The notes: a model not told the origin generated them from the letters alone. Positions 26,056-36,794 are shown, counted from the stretch's first letter. The stretch is DNA of 64,000 nt from a virus (IMGVR_UViG_3300023179_000011:64001-128000), one strand, 5' to 3'. A program made the numbers and translations.

Positions 26056-27785
26056 TGCACCACAAACTTGTTGAAAAACGTTGACGACTGGTTTGCAAAC
26101 AAACCCGCAGCGCCGGTTACAGGGCCGGGATTAATGATATCTGTAAACCCGCTTATCGGTTGTGTGCCGTCTAATTGTGCGGCTGAAAAATGCACTGAGA
26201 GATTGCTGCCGTTTGTGTTTAAATTGGCGTACAGCCGATACCACTTGTTGACTTTAACGTTGTAGTTTACTTCAAACTCTGGAGTAAAAATACCGTCTGT
26301 ATAGCGCAGGATACGCGCTTTTGCTTTTGTAGCGTCGAGGACAATGGCGATAAACGTAGTAATAACGCGGCCGGTGTCTAGCGTTTCAAGATAATTCAAA
26401 ACAACGCCACCGTTTCTGGCTACGCCGTCAACGCCGATTTTGAATTCTGTCATAAGCGTTTTGCTTAGTGCCCAGTCTGTTGCGCAATTTTTTAGTAGCG
26501 CGATATTTCGGCCGCCGATACCAGCTGCAACGTATGTGTTGTGCTCTGTCAACTCTGCGCCCAAATTTGGTTCAAACTCGCTTATTGAGCAGTTACCGCA
26601 TACTGGCGGCGCTAACGTTTGTCTGGCGTTAAAGATGCCGACTTTTGTTACAAAATACTCGCTCGGCTGGCAGGAGTCGAAATCAAGACAAAGCGGCGCG
26701 TTCAGGCACGGATAATTTCTGGGGTCTAGCGTTTCGTTATCGATGATGTCGATTGCGGTGGTTGGATCTGGCCAGCAGTATGCGTCAACGACGATGTCTG
26801 TTTCTTCGTAATCTGCGCCGTTCCACCTGTATACTTTGTTTGAGTCAAACGCTAAATAAAGCTGGTCTAACTCCCCAACCGACGGGAAAGACGCGCGATC
26901 AGCAAACGTGAAGATATTTTTACCGTCAAACGAGCAGCATATGTCTTGGAACTCTTGCGGTTTTTTTGGTTTGTTCGCGGCGCACGTAGCGCTCAAACTG
27001 ATATCTGTCGTGACGTCGAGTCCGCCGCAGTTTTCAAACATCGCTGACGTAAATCCGTCAAACACAATGTCAATGTTTCCGTCGCAATCTGGTGCAACCC
27101 CGTTTATTGTTTCGATAGGCGGTTTTGGGCACGTACCGCTTTCCGGTCGTTGACCACACGAACCTAAGAATTTCTCTAACGCGTTATAGTTTGTCGTAGC
27201 TAAATTTTCGTCTAAACGAAACACGATGGCTGGATATTCTTGACTGTCGTACGTGATCGTTTTGTATTCAGCCTTTATGGGCGACGAGCCGACTACACTT
27301 ACGACATCTTGCAACGCCGTACCGACGTTTAATTTTCCTATAGTTGGAATTGGAAGCGGCTCGTACGGGCGCGCATTGCGCGGTTGAATGATTGTTTGCC
27401 GCGCCGCCGTATATCGGCCTGAAAAAGCGGTGTCTATTCCCGGGCCAAAAATAACCCAACCGGAAACACCAGCGATAAGCGGTGTCACGCGGTAGTGCAC
27501 GTACGCCGCGGCTGGTTGAATAACACTGACCGCGCAAACTGTGTTGCCGGCTACGTCATTAATGTCGTTTACAGCGCCAAACACTACCGTAACTATTCCG
27601 GGTGAAACAGTCAGGCCCTGTACGTATAAATACTTACCGGCAGTGTTTGGAAAACGGATGTGGCAATCAACGATAATGTCGTCGCGAATAAAGGCGCCGC
27701 TGTCGTCTAGTCCGGTAGACAGATCGTCTAGCGGATAACGACGTGTCGATTGCAGGTTGTACCAGTTTTGATTACGTATAGCCAT
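26052..27785 (-). CDS. Tail-tip paralog 3 with a C-terminal lectin/concanavalin-like beta-sandwich
   Basis: WYNLQSTRRYPL ... IETINGVAPDCDGNI; C-terminus GGVVLNY...KWYRL...GAAGLFANQSSTFFNKFVV. Confidence 0.7.
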   Translation of the reverse strand: MAIRNQNWYNLQSTRRYPLDDLSTGLDDSGAFIRDDIIVDCHIRFPNTAGKYLYVQGLTVSPGIVTVVFGAVNDINDVAGNTVCAVSVIQPAAAYVHYRVTPLIAGVSGWVIFGPGIDTAFSGRYTAARQTIIQPRNARPYEPLPIPTIGKLNVGTALQDVVSVVGSSPIKAEYKTITYDSQEYPAIVFRLDENLATTNYNALEKFLGSCGQRPESGTCPKPPIETINGVAPDCDGNIDIVFDGFTSAMFENCGGLDVTTDISLSATCAANKPKKPQEFQDICCSFDGKNIFTFADRASFPSVGELDQLYLAFDSNKVYRWNGADYEETDIVVDAYCWPDPTTAIDIIDNETLDPRNYPCLNAPLCLDFDSCQPSEYFVTKVGIFNARQTLAPPVCGNCSISEFEPNLGAELTEHNTYVAAGIGGRNIALLKNCATDWALSKTLMTEFKIGVDGVARNGGVVLNYLETLDTGRVITTFIAIVLDATKAKARILRYTDGIFTPEFEVNYNVKVNKWYRLYANLNTNGSNLSVHFSAAQLDGTQPISGFTDIINPGPVTGAAGLFANQSSTFFNKFVVQ

Positions 27786-27788
27786 AAT

Positions 27789-29393
27789 TTAACACGGCGC
27801 TTCTGTTTTACCGTCTGAGTTGCAATACAACGTTTGTGTTGTTTCAGCGATTGCCGCCGGAGGTTCGGTTTGATCGTCGAGCGGATCTCCGCAATTAGTT
27901 AGCAGAGGAGAATTGTCGCTCAAATACACGCCGGTTAATACACCATTAATGACATACGGCCCGCGCGGTTTAACAACTGAATTTTCTGTGGCTGTTAAAT
28001 CTATTTGGTCAAACCGCAAGCGAAATTGCGCGTAGGCTGATTCTCCGGGTTTTACCGTCGGAAACGCCACCGAATACTGCAGGCCGTTCGGCGACACGGT
28101 TATTCCGACGCCGGCACCGCGCACGCCGGGGGCGCGCATAAACGTGTATCCGCACTCTAATGACGGCCGCACGGCAAGTGTTGCCGGGTCTTGACCGGGC
28201 GCCGGTACAAAATCACCGGATACGTCAACGGTAAGTGTTAACCGCGTGGGCGCAACACATATCTGACACGGATTGCAAAGCATCATAACAATGTCAACGT
28301 ACGCGCAGCGCTGCGGGACCATAAACAGGCGTAATGGACGTTGTACGCTGCAGGCGCGCTGATCCAGCCACCGCGCGATATTATTTTCGTGCTCTGTTCG
28401 CACTTTCTCTGCACGTTGTCCGATTAGCTTGTAACGGTAGCTGGTGTCGTTCATGTACTTTGCGGTGTCTGAGTAATCGGAACACGCGCAGCACGGGTCG
28501 CAGTTGGCGCCAATTTGTTGATGCGACGTCAACGACGGATTTGTACTGTGCGGCTCGTTTACACTTACTGTGACACCGCGGCGAATAAACAGGCAGTCTT
28601 TTGCCGACAAATTAAAATCACCGTTTGCGCCAGTTACGCCGTTTATTTTTGAAATCGGCACTGCCGGTGTTTCTGGGCAGTTGCCATAGCGCCCTAGTCC
28701 GGTGCCAGCAACGGCGCTGAATTTAATCTCCGTGTTTATCCGAAAGTTTTTTACTTCTGCTTTTTCCGCCGCTATTTCAGTGTTGTAGCCGTTTACAAAA
28801 TTAACCGCGTCAACGTATCGATTGCTTATTGTTTGCCCGTTTTGTACTCGCAGCGTAAGTAACCGTTTGGGCATTTTATAGACGGCGCGCGCATCTAGCT
28901 GCGCGTTTACTGGCGTTAAATACTTGTTGTAGTTTCGTGGAGCGTCGTCGTCTCCTTGATCGGCCATTGGCCATGTTTTGTGCGCAACAAGTCGACAGAC
29001 GCTGTTTGCTGTTTTCCACGTATAAATTTTGTAGTCTTGGCTCCAGTCAGCCTGATCAAATGTTGTCGGTTGCGTTGTGGTATCCAAAACAACGCGATTA
29101 AGTGCATCTACTAAAACAATATCTGCGTCGTGCGCCGGCGTAGGAAAATTTGCGGCTGGCATATTTTCAACGCAACCCACGCCGTACAGGTGGCGAATTG
29201 AGATCGGGTTTTTAACCGGTGCGACGCTATTGTTGTATTCGCCGATGTCGTCGTATTCGAAATGAAAATCGGCGATAAGATATTCGATATCGGCTGTTGG
29301 ATTAACAAGCGGGTAGTTCAATCCGCTTTGTGGTTGAACAACTCCCAGTCCTTGGCGTCCGGTAGTCGATAGTTGAAAATCGGGGCACGGCAT
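27789..29393 (-). CDS. Tail-tip paralog 4
   Basis: QSGLNYPL ... ISKINGVTGANGDFNL; Cys cluster CDPCCAC. Confidence 0.7.
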   Translation of the reverse strand: MPCPDFQLSTTGRQGLGVVQPQSGLNYPLVNPTADIEYLIADFHFEYDDIGEYNNSVAPVKNPISIRHLYGVGCVENMPAANFPTPAHDADIVLVDALNRVVLDTTTQPTTFDQADWSQDYKIYTWKTANSVCRLVAHKTWPMADQGDDDAPRNYNKYLTPVNAQLDARAVYKMPKRLLTLRVQNGQTISNRYVDAVNFVNGYNTEIAAEKAEVKNFRINTEIKFSAVAGTGLGRYGNCPETPAVPISKINGVTGANGDFNLSAKDCLFIRRGVTVSVNEPHSTNPSLTSHQQIGANCDPCCACSDYSDTAKYMNDTSYRYKLIGQRAEKVRTEHENNIARWLDQRACSVQRPLRLFMVPQRCAYVDIVMMLCNPCQICVAPTRLTLTVDVSGDFVPAPGQDPATLAVRPSLECGYTFMRAPGVRGAGVGITVSPNGLQYSVAFPTVKPGESAYAQFRLRFDQIDLTATENSVVKPRGPYVINGVLTGVYLSDNSPLLTNCGDPLDDQTEPPAAIAETTQTLYCNSDGKTEAPC

Positions 29394-29396
29394 AGC

Positions 29397-30338
29397 TCAC
29401 CCCGCATTACAGCCAGAGTCACCGAGCTGGCTGCCCAACACAACAAGGCTCATTTGCGTTACTTCAGAGCCAAGTCGGGTAACGAAGTTTTGTAGCGTCG
29501 TTACACCGTCTCCAAATCGATTGATTTGATCGATGATTGCGTCTAGTTCTGTGCACCCACAACATGGTTGCGCGCATGTATCGGCGAACTTCAAACCGTT
29601 GCTCATTGGCGTAATTTGAACACAGTCATCGGGCGCAATAATAAAATTTCCGTCGCTGCTACATACGCCATTGATACAACGAATGCAATCGCCAATATCA
29701 GGAACGGCGCAATAGCACTCTTCGTTTAGATTGGCGTTTGCGATAGCGTCAAACAAAATTTGCGTTTCATTGCCGACTGTTGCCGCTGTAATCCGCATAT
29801 TGGTGCCGGCAACAAGTGTGACGTCGCCGTAGATTGGCTCGCTCAGTTCGCCGTTATTGAGCACACGCAAACGAGTAACAGCCCGCAACATCGGCCGAAT
29901 TGCGTCTGTTTCAAGTTCGCCCCCGGCCTGATCAAACTCATATAGTCCGGGAGGCAACTTATCAATTTCGTCTAGTCGGCCAAGAACTATTTGGCCGACG
30001 CAATCGTCATATGCCCCGATACCGCCGAGCGCGTATGAACGATTTTCTTGATAGTTGCTGCGAACAATGTTAGCGGCGGCGACATCTACGGTCTGCCCGT
30101 CTGCGGCGTAGCCAACCGTAACATTAAAACCAGTCGGGGCGATCAGTACGCTTTTGATATGAAAATTGCTGGGCGCAAAATCAAGCCCCGAATGAATTGG
30201 TAGATACAGCGCGACAATAAAACTATCAGGTAATCTTATTGTGCCGTCTAACGATAATTTTGTGGCGCGTTCTGTGAGCGGGTACGACCGCTGTGAGTTG
30301 TGGTTGAGCCACTGTAGATTCCAATTTCCGATTGGCAT
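29397..30338 (-). CDS. Tail-tip paralog 5
   Basis: WLNHNSQRSYPL ... IRCINGVCSSDGNF; Cys cluster CAQPCCGC. Confidence 0.7.
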   Translation of the reverse strand: MPIGNWNLQWLNHNSQRSYPLTERATKLSLDGTIRLPDSFIVALYLPIHSGLDFAPSNFHIKSVLIAPTGFNVTVGYAADGQTVDVAAANIVRSNYQENRSYALGGIGAYDDCVGQIVLGRLDEIDKLPPGLYEFDQAGGELETDAIRPMLRAVTRLRVLNNGELSEPIYGDVTLVAGTNMRITAATVGNETQILFDAIANANLNEECYCAVPDIGDCIRCINGVCSSDGNFIIAPDDCVQITPMSNGLKFADTCAQPCCGCTELDAIIDQINRFGDGVTTLQNFVTRLGSEVTQMSLVVLGSQLGDSGCNAG

Positions 30339-30351
30339 GGCCGCTCACCTA

Positions 30352-32205
30352 TCATGTTGCGCTGTAAATAATTCCGGTGACGCGCAATACGCCAATCTCT
30401 CCATAAACGCTGTCTTCAACGCGACCAATTGTGACTAATACTGTATCGCCTTCTTCCACGGCAAAAGAATCGCTTTCACGTTGAATGACGTGGTCGATGT
30501 ATAAGCTTGCCGCGGAGTTGAACGTCAGCGCTGTATCTGTGGTTGGTAATTCTTGTCCGCCCGCGATTCCGACTGGCGGCGCCGGCAATACACGACGCGT
30601 CATGTATAGCGACGGCATAATCTTTGCCTGCGTGGGCGTTCCGTCGCGTCCAAATAACTGGACGCTTATTTTCATTTGCAGATTGTCGCCTAGATTGCTG
30701 CCGGGCACGTTAAACCGTAGCCGCAGTAAAGACGCCTGTCCGCCCGGAAAACCTAAATACGGAATGTCCATATACAGGCGTTCGACGGTATCGCTTAGTC
30801 TGATGATCTGCGGCGAAAGCTCGCGCTCGACAAGCTGATCAGTGTAATCGATTTTTAGAACACCTTGATGCAGCGTAATTGGCTCTGTTGTTTGAATATC
30901 AAAAGCGTCTTTTTCTGCTTGCGTGAGCGTTCGCGGTGTTTCACGAGAACCAGTTATCGAGATTTGATTCGACAGCGTGAAAGCGCCTTCGGTAATCCAG
31001 CCGCGAGTAAGTTGGTGGCGGTTAATGACGCCTTTCAGCGCACGCCCGCCAATCGCTTCGGAAGCTGCGATTTGTAAGTCGAGATTTAATTGCAGGTCGC
31101 CGGTAGATGCCGCGTCATCCGCGCAGTTCGTAACGGCGATAGGGCTGGTGACGGTTGCAGCCGTTGGTGTGGGTTGCGTTTCTTCTTGTGTGCCGTCAAC
31201 ATCTTTGACTATGCTCGTCACTACGCTGCGGTCGTTTCCAGAGAGCATTCGCAAATAAACGACCGATACGCGCATGGTCTCGTAGCGCGGGCATTCGGCC
31301 GTGCCGGATGGGTGTGTTGTAGGTTCCGTAAATGGAACGTCACCTACGCAGTCGCTCATCCACCAAATGCCGTTCGTGTCACAAATAGCTAAGCCATTCG
31401 GACCTAGTGGAATTTCTGTGGCCCCTACGTGGTCCAAACCCTTATCCCACAACATCGCGACAGACTGGATCGGCAAGGGAGGCCATACGTTTGATAGCGC
31501 CGGATGTTTGCTGAGGTTGTAACCAAACACAGCGCCATTAGGTGCTTTACCGTTAAACACTGCGTGATCTGCCGGCAACCATCCAGCGTCGTTTTGCGTG
31601 GCTGCCTGCTCTGTAATTAAATCAAAACGATAGTGCGTGTGATCATCAATAAAGTCGCGGATGTGGGGCATAACCACAACGCGCGGGATTGTTGTGCAGC
31701 TGTCTTTTGGCCCCTGCACATGACACACACTCACAGTCACAGCCGGCCGTTGTTTTACGAGCTTTCCCGCTTCAGACGCGGACAAGTAATATCGCCCCGG
31801 AGTTATTGGGCCGACGATTGCGTTTGCCAGATCCGGGATATCGACGATCCCGCGAAGAACGATGTCGCCAAGCGTCTCTGACCGTTTTTTTAAGCAAATG
31901 CCGACACAGTCAGATGACGGTTGTACAACAAGCGTTTGTGTATTCGCGTCTGGCTCTACGGCTGCCAGCGCGGGTTCGTATCGTTTCTCAACCCAGTTCC
32001 AATAAACCGGCTGCCCGGGTAACACAGAGCTGCAAATTGTCGCATCGCTGTCGACAAGAATTTTTCCAAGTGCAGACGCGTCTAAACGATCTTTGAGATA
32101 ATCCGTGCGGTCTTCGAGCGTGCGGTCTGGGCGTGAAACGACACCAGCCTGTACGGGCTCGCCGGGATTGACGTGTTTAATATTGTGCAGCCAGTTACCG
32201 GACAT
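30352..32205 (-). CDS. Baseplate/fibre-attachment structural protein
   Basis: N-terminal V.PGEPV.AGV.SRP...L..RT.YLK..L motif typical of baseplate-anchored proteins, and a PGRYYLS...GKL module. Confidence 0.6.
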   Translation of the reverse strand: MSGNWLHNIKHVNPGEPVQAGVVSRPDRTLEDRTDYLKDRLDASALGKILVDSDATICSSVLPGQPVYWNWVEKRYEPALAAVEPDANTQTLVVQPSSDCVGICLKKRSETLGDIVLRGIVDIPDLANAIVGPITPGRYYLSASEAGKLVKQRPAVTVSVCHVQGPKDSCTTIPRVVVMPHIRDFIDDHTHYRFDLITEQAATQNDAGWLPADHAVFNGKAPNGAVFGYNLSKHPALSNVWPPLPIQSVAMLWDKGLDHVGATEIPLGPNGLAICDTNGIWWMSDCVGDVPFTEPTTHPSGTAECPRYETMRVSVVYLRMLSGNDRSVVTSIVKDVDGTQEETQPTPTAATVTSPIAVTNCADDAASTGDLQLNLDLQIAASEAIGGRALKGVINRHQLTRGWITEGAFTLSNQISITGSRETPRTLTQAEKDAFDIQTTEPITLHQGVLKIDYTDQLVERELSPQIIRLSDTVERLYMDIPYLGFPGGQASLLRLRFNVPGSNLGDNLQMKISVQLFGRDGTPTQAKIMPSLYMTRRVLPAPPVGIAGGQELPTTDTALTFNSAASLYIDHVIQRESDSFAVEEGDTVLVTIGRVEDSVYGEIGVLRVTGIIYSAT

Positions 32206-32229
32206 CCTTGTCCTCCGGCAGTTAGTTGA

Positions 32230-32862
32230 TTACAGGAACGCGACATCCCACGTGATGCCGATTTGAGATGACGCTTCCTTGGTCACCTGATGCGAGCTGT
32301 CGAATACAGTGCGCGCAAATACCACGTCTTTCGAGCGATCGTTGAGTGCCGGAGCAGCAACAAGCGCGGCAGCATATACACGACTGTTGTTGGCGCTGTT
32401 AAATTGTTTTTCTTCGCCGGCATGCACAACGCGCGCCTCCGAAGTTTGCGCGAAAAACGTCAGCTGGTTGCCAGATTGATTGACCGGCAAATTTGCTTCG
32501 TAACCCGTTGAAACACTAAGCGCCGGCTCAATGCTCAACGGTACTCGGATAAAATTTCGCGTGGCTGAATCGATTAATGAGTTGTAGTACGTGATATCGA
32601 CATTACGCCCAAAACTTGGCGTAGAAATTTCTAACGACGGGTCCAGATTTTCGTACTCGATGTACATTGCCGAAATGTGGTAGTCGGGTCGGTCCGGCTG
32701 CCGACGATAGCCAAGTTGTTTGGCCGCTATAAATCCCCAGCCATATTGAATCTGATTGGCCTGCGAGAACAGCGGCAGCTTAAGCCCGGTCTTCTCGTCA
32801 ATGCGCCACACCGACACGTGTCCGCGTACGCCAAAAGCGGGGGTAATGTTATCGGCAGCCAT
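32230..32862 (-). CDS. Tail-collar/baseplate protein (DUF3751-like)
   Basis: GHVSVWRIDEKTG...NQI...FARTVF....K.....I.I.W.V.F pattern. Confidence 0.5.
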   Translation of the reverse strand: MAADNITPAFGVRGHVSVWRIDEKTGLKLPLFSQANQIQYGWGFIAAKQLGYRRQPDRPDYHISAMYIEYENLDPSLEISTPSFGRNVDITYYNSLIDSATRNFIRVPLSIEPALSVSTGYEANLPVNQSGNQLTFFAQTSEARVVHAGEEKQFNSANNSRVYAAALVAAPALNDRSKDVVFARTVFDSSHQVTKEASSQIGITWDVAFL

Positions 32863-32871
32863 GTGTTGTCC

Positions 32872-34593
32872 TTATTGGCAAGTACCGGACACGAGTCTGG
32901 CAGTGGCGCCCAAATCATGCACCAAAGACACCGGTACGTCGTCGTTTGCGGGGTTCATTCCTGTAAAGCGCGTTACGGCCTCAAAAACGGCGTCCTCTGG
33001 CATTATCTTATCTTTATCGGCCGCCAGCTCGAAAATAACGATCATTGCCGTTTGCGGCGGTAATAACTGGCGTAGATGCCTAATATTGTACAGTCCCAAA
33101 TGATTTAGCCCTAGCGCGCTTACCGAAATTCTGACTACAAATACGTTGTTTCGCAGTACATTTTCAACAAGAAAACGCAAGGGGTTAATTGTCTTCGGTA
33201 AATGGGCGGCGATAGGTTCTGTGGCGGCGTTAACGCGTTTATCGAGTAACTGCGCCAACGTGCCGATTTTGAGCCGCGGGGAGCATTCCGGCTGCGCTTT
33301 GCGAAACTCCGCTGCCTGCACGCCGCGTTCGTGAATCTCGTCAAAAAACTGCTGCACGTCTGCTGGGTAACCACCTAAGCGAAATTTTACATATGTGTAA
33401 CCGGTGTGGTGCGCAGTGTTTACTTCGAGCGGTACATTTTGATTTTCAAAGACAAGATCGCCATAAAAGCAAGACGCGAGAAACCCGCTGTCAAGCGCTA
33501 ACGCCGCAATAGCGCGACGAACAGGGCGGCAATCATCTGCGTTCGGATCGAGCAGTAATTCTTCTTCTGTTTCGGTCGCCAGCGGTTCCCACGCGTTGCT
33601 GGTCAAAATATTGTTTGGCGGCGGACAGCAGATAACTTCGCCCGGCGTTTCGCGCGCGTATGTGTTTCCAACAAAGAATTCGTATACATCTATGCCGTGG
33701 ACTAACGGCGTGCCGGCGTGGATTGTTTGACCGACCTCTACGCGCGGAACCGTGTTTTCTGCAAAACGGTAAACCGCCTTGTCCGTCACGATAAGCAGGC
33801 CGCGAGCGTCGTCGTCAACAAGCTCGACAGTTTCTACCGGTCCAACGCTAACTGGTACGCCACAGATGGCCGCAATAGCGGCATCAAGCATTGCAGCGGT
33901 AGCTCCACCCTCGACGAGACCAGAAATAATAGCGTTCGTTAGATCTTTGTATGCCTGACTTGTGCGTAGTTTGATTCCGACCGCGTAAGCAAACTGATTG
34001 AACACTGTGTTGTAATCAAACTGTCCGCAAAACCCCCACAACGTCATCTCTTCGTCGTCAGCGTTGTCAGGTGACGGTCGTTTTGTGAACACTGGGTTTT
34101 CAAACGGATCTTTAGCAAAAACAATTGCGCCGCGCGTTGTGTCGATCAGGAAATCCGAGTTTTTGATCAGTACACCCGTGGGATACGTAATACGGTTAAA
34201 CAACTGCATAACGTCGGTCAAATCGGTTGGCAGCGGAAACGAGAAAAAAGTTGTCGTTGGCGGCACGTCAAACCGCAGGCCAGAATCAAACGCCGCCGAG
34301 CTGCGATCAAACTGCGTAATCGTCGTGCGCGCTGTATTCCTCTCGGATTTCTTTAACACAATTGGTGTCAGCGTTTCAGTGTGCAGCAACGGTACGTCAA
34401 AGCGACTTAACGCCTCAATCGTTTCAATGAGGTTTTGATACGTTTGATTGACAATCTGTGCGGTTGCAATTGCGTACGAGTGCACCTGATCTACGCCCGT
34501 GTAGGTACGCGCCCAGAAACTACCCAAAGCCGCAATCAGGTTGCGGCTGCGGTCGAAATCAGACCCCGGGTACACGAATTCTGGTTTGTTCAT
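32872..34593 (-). CDS. Putative baseplate wedge protein
   Basis: Directly downstream of the baseplate J-like gene; NQFAYAVGI...Y......G and LRQLLPPQT motifs. Confidence 0.55.
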   Translation of the reverse strand: MNKPEFVYPGSDFDRSRNLIAALGSFWARTYTGVDQVHSYAIATAQIVNQTYQNLIETIEALSRFDVPLLHTETLTPIVLKKSERNTARTTITQFDRSSAAFDSGLRFDVPPTTTFFSFPLPTDLTDVMQLFNRITYPTGVLIKNSDFLIDTTRGAIVFAKDPFENPVFTKRPSPDNADDEEMTLWGFCGQFDYNTVFNQFAYAVGIKLRTSQAYKDLTNAIISGLVEGGATAAMLDAAIAAICGVPVSVGPVETVELVDDDARGLLIVTDKAVYRFAENTVPRVEVGQTIHAGTPLVHGIDVYEFFVGNTYARETPGEVICCPPPNNILTSNAWEPLATETEEELLLDPNADDCRPVRRAIAALALDSGFLASCFYGDLVFENQNVPLEVNTAHHTGYTYVKFRLGGYPADVQQFFDEIHERGVQAAEFRKAQPECSPRLKIGTLAQLLDKRVNAATEPIAAHLPKTINPLRFLVENVLRNNVFVVRISVSALGLNHLGLYNIRHLRQLLPPQTAMIVIFELAADKDKIMPEDAVFEAVTRFTGMNPANDDVPVSLVHDLGATARLVSGTCQ

Positions 34594-34595
34594 GG

Positions 34596-36317
34596 TCAGT
34601 TAGCCCAGCCAGCAGAGACAACAGACACCGACACGTCTTGAGGCCCCGTTAAAAACACAGTCGTTCGGCCGGTGACTAAGCGTGCTGCGTCCGTTGGTAG
34701 TTTCAAAATTGTGTTGTCACGTACATATGTGATGCTGCCGTCAGGGCGCCTAATGCGGCCAAACATATCAATACCGCCAAGCGCTTGCTGGCTCGACAGG
34801 TGTTTGTGCGCCGCGTTACTGATAACCGACGCATGCAGCTGGCCGGAGAAACCGACGCCAGCAACGGCAGCGCTGACGCTCTTTTGAATGGCTTCAATAT
34901 CGGGCGTAGCGGCGGCGGGGCTTTTACGGATCTCAAACGAAATTTTTGTGAAACACGGTACGGCGGCTTTTATAAGCACGTCAGCAGCGCGCGGGCGAGT
35001 GTCGCGTCCGGCAAAATAATCTTGCAGCTCACCGATCAGAGGCATGCCCGTCGTTGTGACGGCGTACCATTTTTTTGTCTGGTTTGGAATTAACGCAGCC
35101 GCGGGCTGAATGTCGGTGTTCACAAAACGAATAATTGCCGCCTGATATCGTGTATATGCGCTTTCGTGGAGATACAGCACATCTGGCACGAAGTCCAGCT
35201 CTAAAAAATCGGCTGTTCGTGTATCTTGCAGCACAGAGTAATTTGCTTGCGGCGAGCCGGCTAGCGCCGGATCTACAACCCGTGTAACCTCATAAAATCC
35301 GGGTGCCGCGTTTCGACCAATCGACACTTGCCATACCGTGCCAGTGGGCGTACCGCCGACCAGCGCCTGTTCGTCGCAGTTCCCGGTCTGGTTTGTCGGC
35401 GGCGTGTACGGACCAACGTAAGTTGCCTCTAGCAAATGCTCGATTTCTTGTGCGTACGCATTAGTCTGTGCGTAGATGTCAACTTTTCCGCCGCTAGAGA
35501 TCGGAAAAAGCGAGTGCTGATCGCGCTGCTGCTCGGCGTCACCGCACCCCAGTACAGACAAATGCTTAGTGTTTTTAAAGACTGGCTGCGCCATGACCGC
35601 GGCAACATAACTGGCGCGGCTTCCAACAGTCTTAGCCGCTAACCCTGTTGCCAGCCGGGCTAAATACTCTTCGTTGGTGGCCGGGTCGCGTCCGTCGATA
35701 AAATCTGTAGCGGCAAAAGCAGCTGCCACATTATTTAAAAGGTTGTCAGGAATCAGATTAACGCCACGCTTGATGTTACCCGCCGCGCCAATTGAAAGCG
35801 CCACTACGTTAACAGTGGCTGCAAAAGTACCGTCACCAACCGGGATCATTTTGCGTTGATTCGCGTTGGTTAGTACGTCGGTCGTTGTTGTAGGCAATAC
35901 AAGAAAAGACCCGGTCGGCACAAAAATAGTTTCAGCGTCTTCGGCTGTAAATCGCACATTGTCAGGAATCTCAGTGCGTACGTCCGAATTGAAAATGAGC
36001 GTAATTGACCCGACAGCGGGCGTGCCGTTGTCGCGCGGCACATTAAAATTAGACAACACTTGATCGACAATCTCTGGGTCGGCGAGCGTTGGGTCTTGTG
36101 TGATTTTTAATAGGCTGTTGCTTTGCTGGACGCGTGCGATATTTTCTTGAATAGCGGCGTTTAACAAACCGTCAAAATACAGCACAAGGTCGTGGAATAC
36201 ACCGCGTGTCAGCTCAACCTCTGGGTGGCGCTCCGCCATAAGCTGCGACAACGTCGCAACCATTTCTTGCACCTTAGTCGGGCTAAGCTGCGTTAAACTA
36301 GTTATTTCAATCGGCAT
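34596..36317 (-). CDS. Baseplate J / gp47-like wedge protein
   Basis: A.G..T..F...V..P....F......V.ALSIGAAGNI...F.DGRDPATNEEYLARL motifs. Confidence 0.8.
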   Translation of the reverse strand: MPIEITSLTQLSPTKVQEMVATLSQLMAERHPEVELTRGVFHDLVLYFDGLLNAAIQENIARVQQSNSLLKITQDPTLADPEIVDQVLSNFNVPRDNGTPAVGSITLIFNSDVRTEIPDNVRFTAEDAETIFVPTGSFLVLPTTTTDVLTNANQRKMIPVGDGTFAATVNVVALSIGAAGNIKRGVNLIPDNLLNNVAAAFAATDFIDGRDPATNEEYLARLATGLAAKTVGSRASYVAAVMAQPVFKNTKHLSVLGCGDAEQQRDQHSLFPISSGGKVDIYAQTNAYAQEIEHLLEATYVGPYTPPTNQTGNCDEQALVGGTPTGTVWQVSIGRNAAPGFYEVTRVVDPALAGSPQANYSVLQDTRTADFLELDFVPDVLYLHESAYTRYQAAIIRFVNTDIQPAAALIPNQTKKWYAVTTTGMPLIGELQDYFAGRDTRPRAADVLIKAAVPCFTKISFEIRKSPAAATPDIEAIQKSVSAAVAGVGFSGQLHASVISNAAHKHLSSQQALGGIDMFGRIRRPDGSITYVRDNTILKLPTDAARLVTGRTTVFLTGPQDVSVSVVSAGWAN

Positions 36318-36318
36318 A

Positions 36319-36792
36319 TTACACCTGTGGCAGCGTGGCTACCGGTAAAATCACAACCCGCTCGTCGCCGGCGATGCTTGTAATCATAACACGCATGTTT
36401 AAATATCCCGGCAGGATTGCGACAGATAATAATTCGGCGTCATCAAACCGCTCGTCGTCCGGCATTCCTTCGTATTCTTCGTTTTGCAGTGTGGCGCGTA
36501 ATCGTAGATTTGCGGCGTAAAAATTCTGGGTAACATCGAGCTGGTTGCGCATTTGTCCTTGCCGGACCAGCGTCATAAAGTCGGTGCCGCGGTTTGGTAG
36601 CCCGGGCATGGAGCCGATCTCTGTCAAAAACTCTAGCGCCCAGCGTTGTGCTAGCTTTTGAATGCCGACACAAATAAGCCCGCTGTTGTCTTCGTCATAT
36701 AAAACGAGACCGAGTTTGTTGTCGCGCGCAGTGTTGACGTTCTGTAGCGCGAGATAGTCATATTTGCGGTTTGCAAAGTCAGCTAGACTCAT
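36319..36792 (-). CDS. gp25/gpW-like baseplate protein (sheath initiator)
   Basis: GIQKLAQRWALEFLTEIGS.P..P.RGT.F...V; adjacent to baseplate J. Confidence 0.7.
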   Translation of the reverse strand: MSLADFANRKYDYLALQNVNTARDNKLGLVLYDEDNSGLICVGIQKLAQRWALEFLTEIGSMPGLPNRGTDFMTLVRQGQMRNQLDVTQNFYAANLRLRATLQNEEYEGMPDDERFDDAELLSVAILPGYLNMRVMITSIAGDERVVILPVATLPQV

Positions 36793-36794
36793 TG

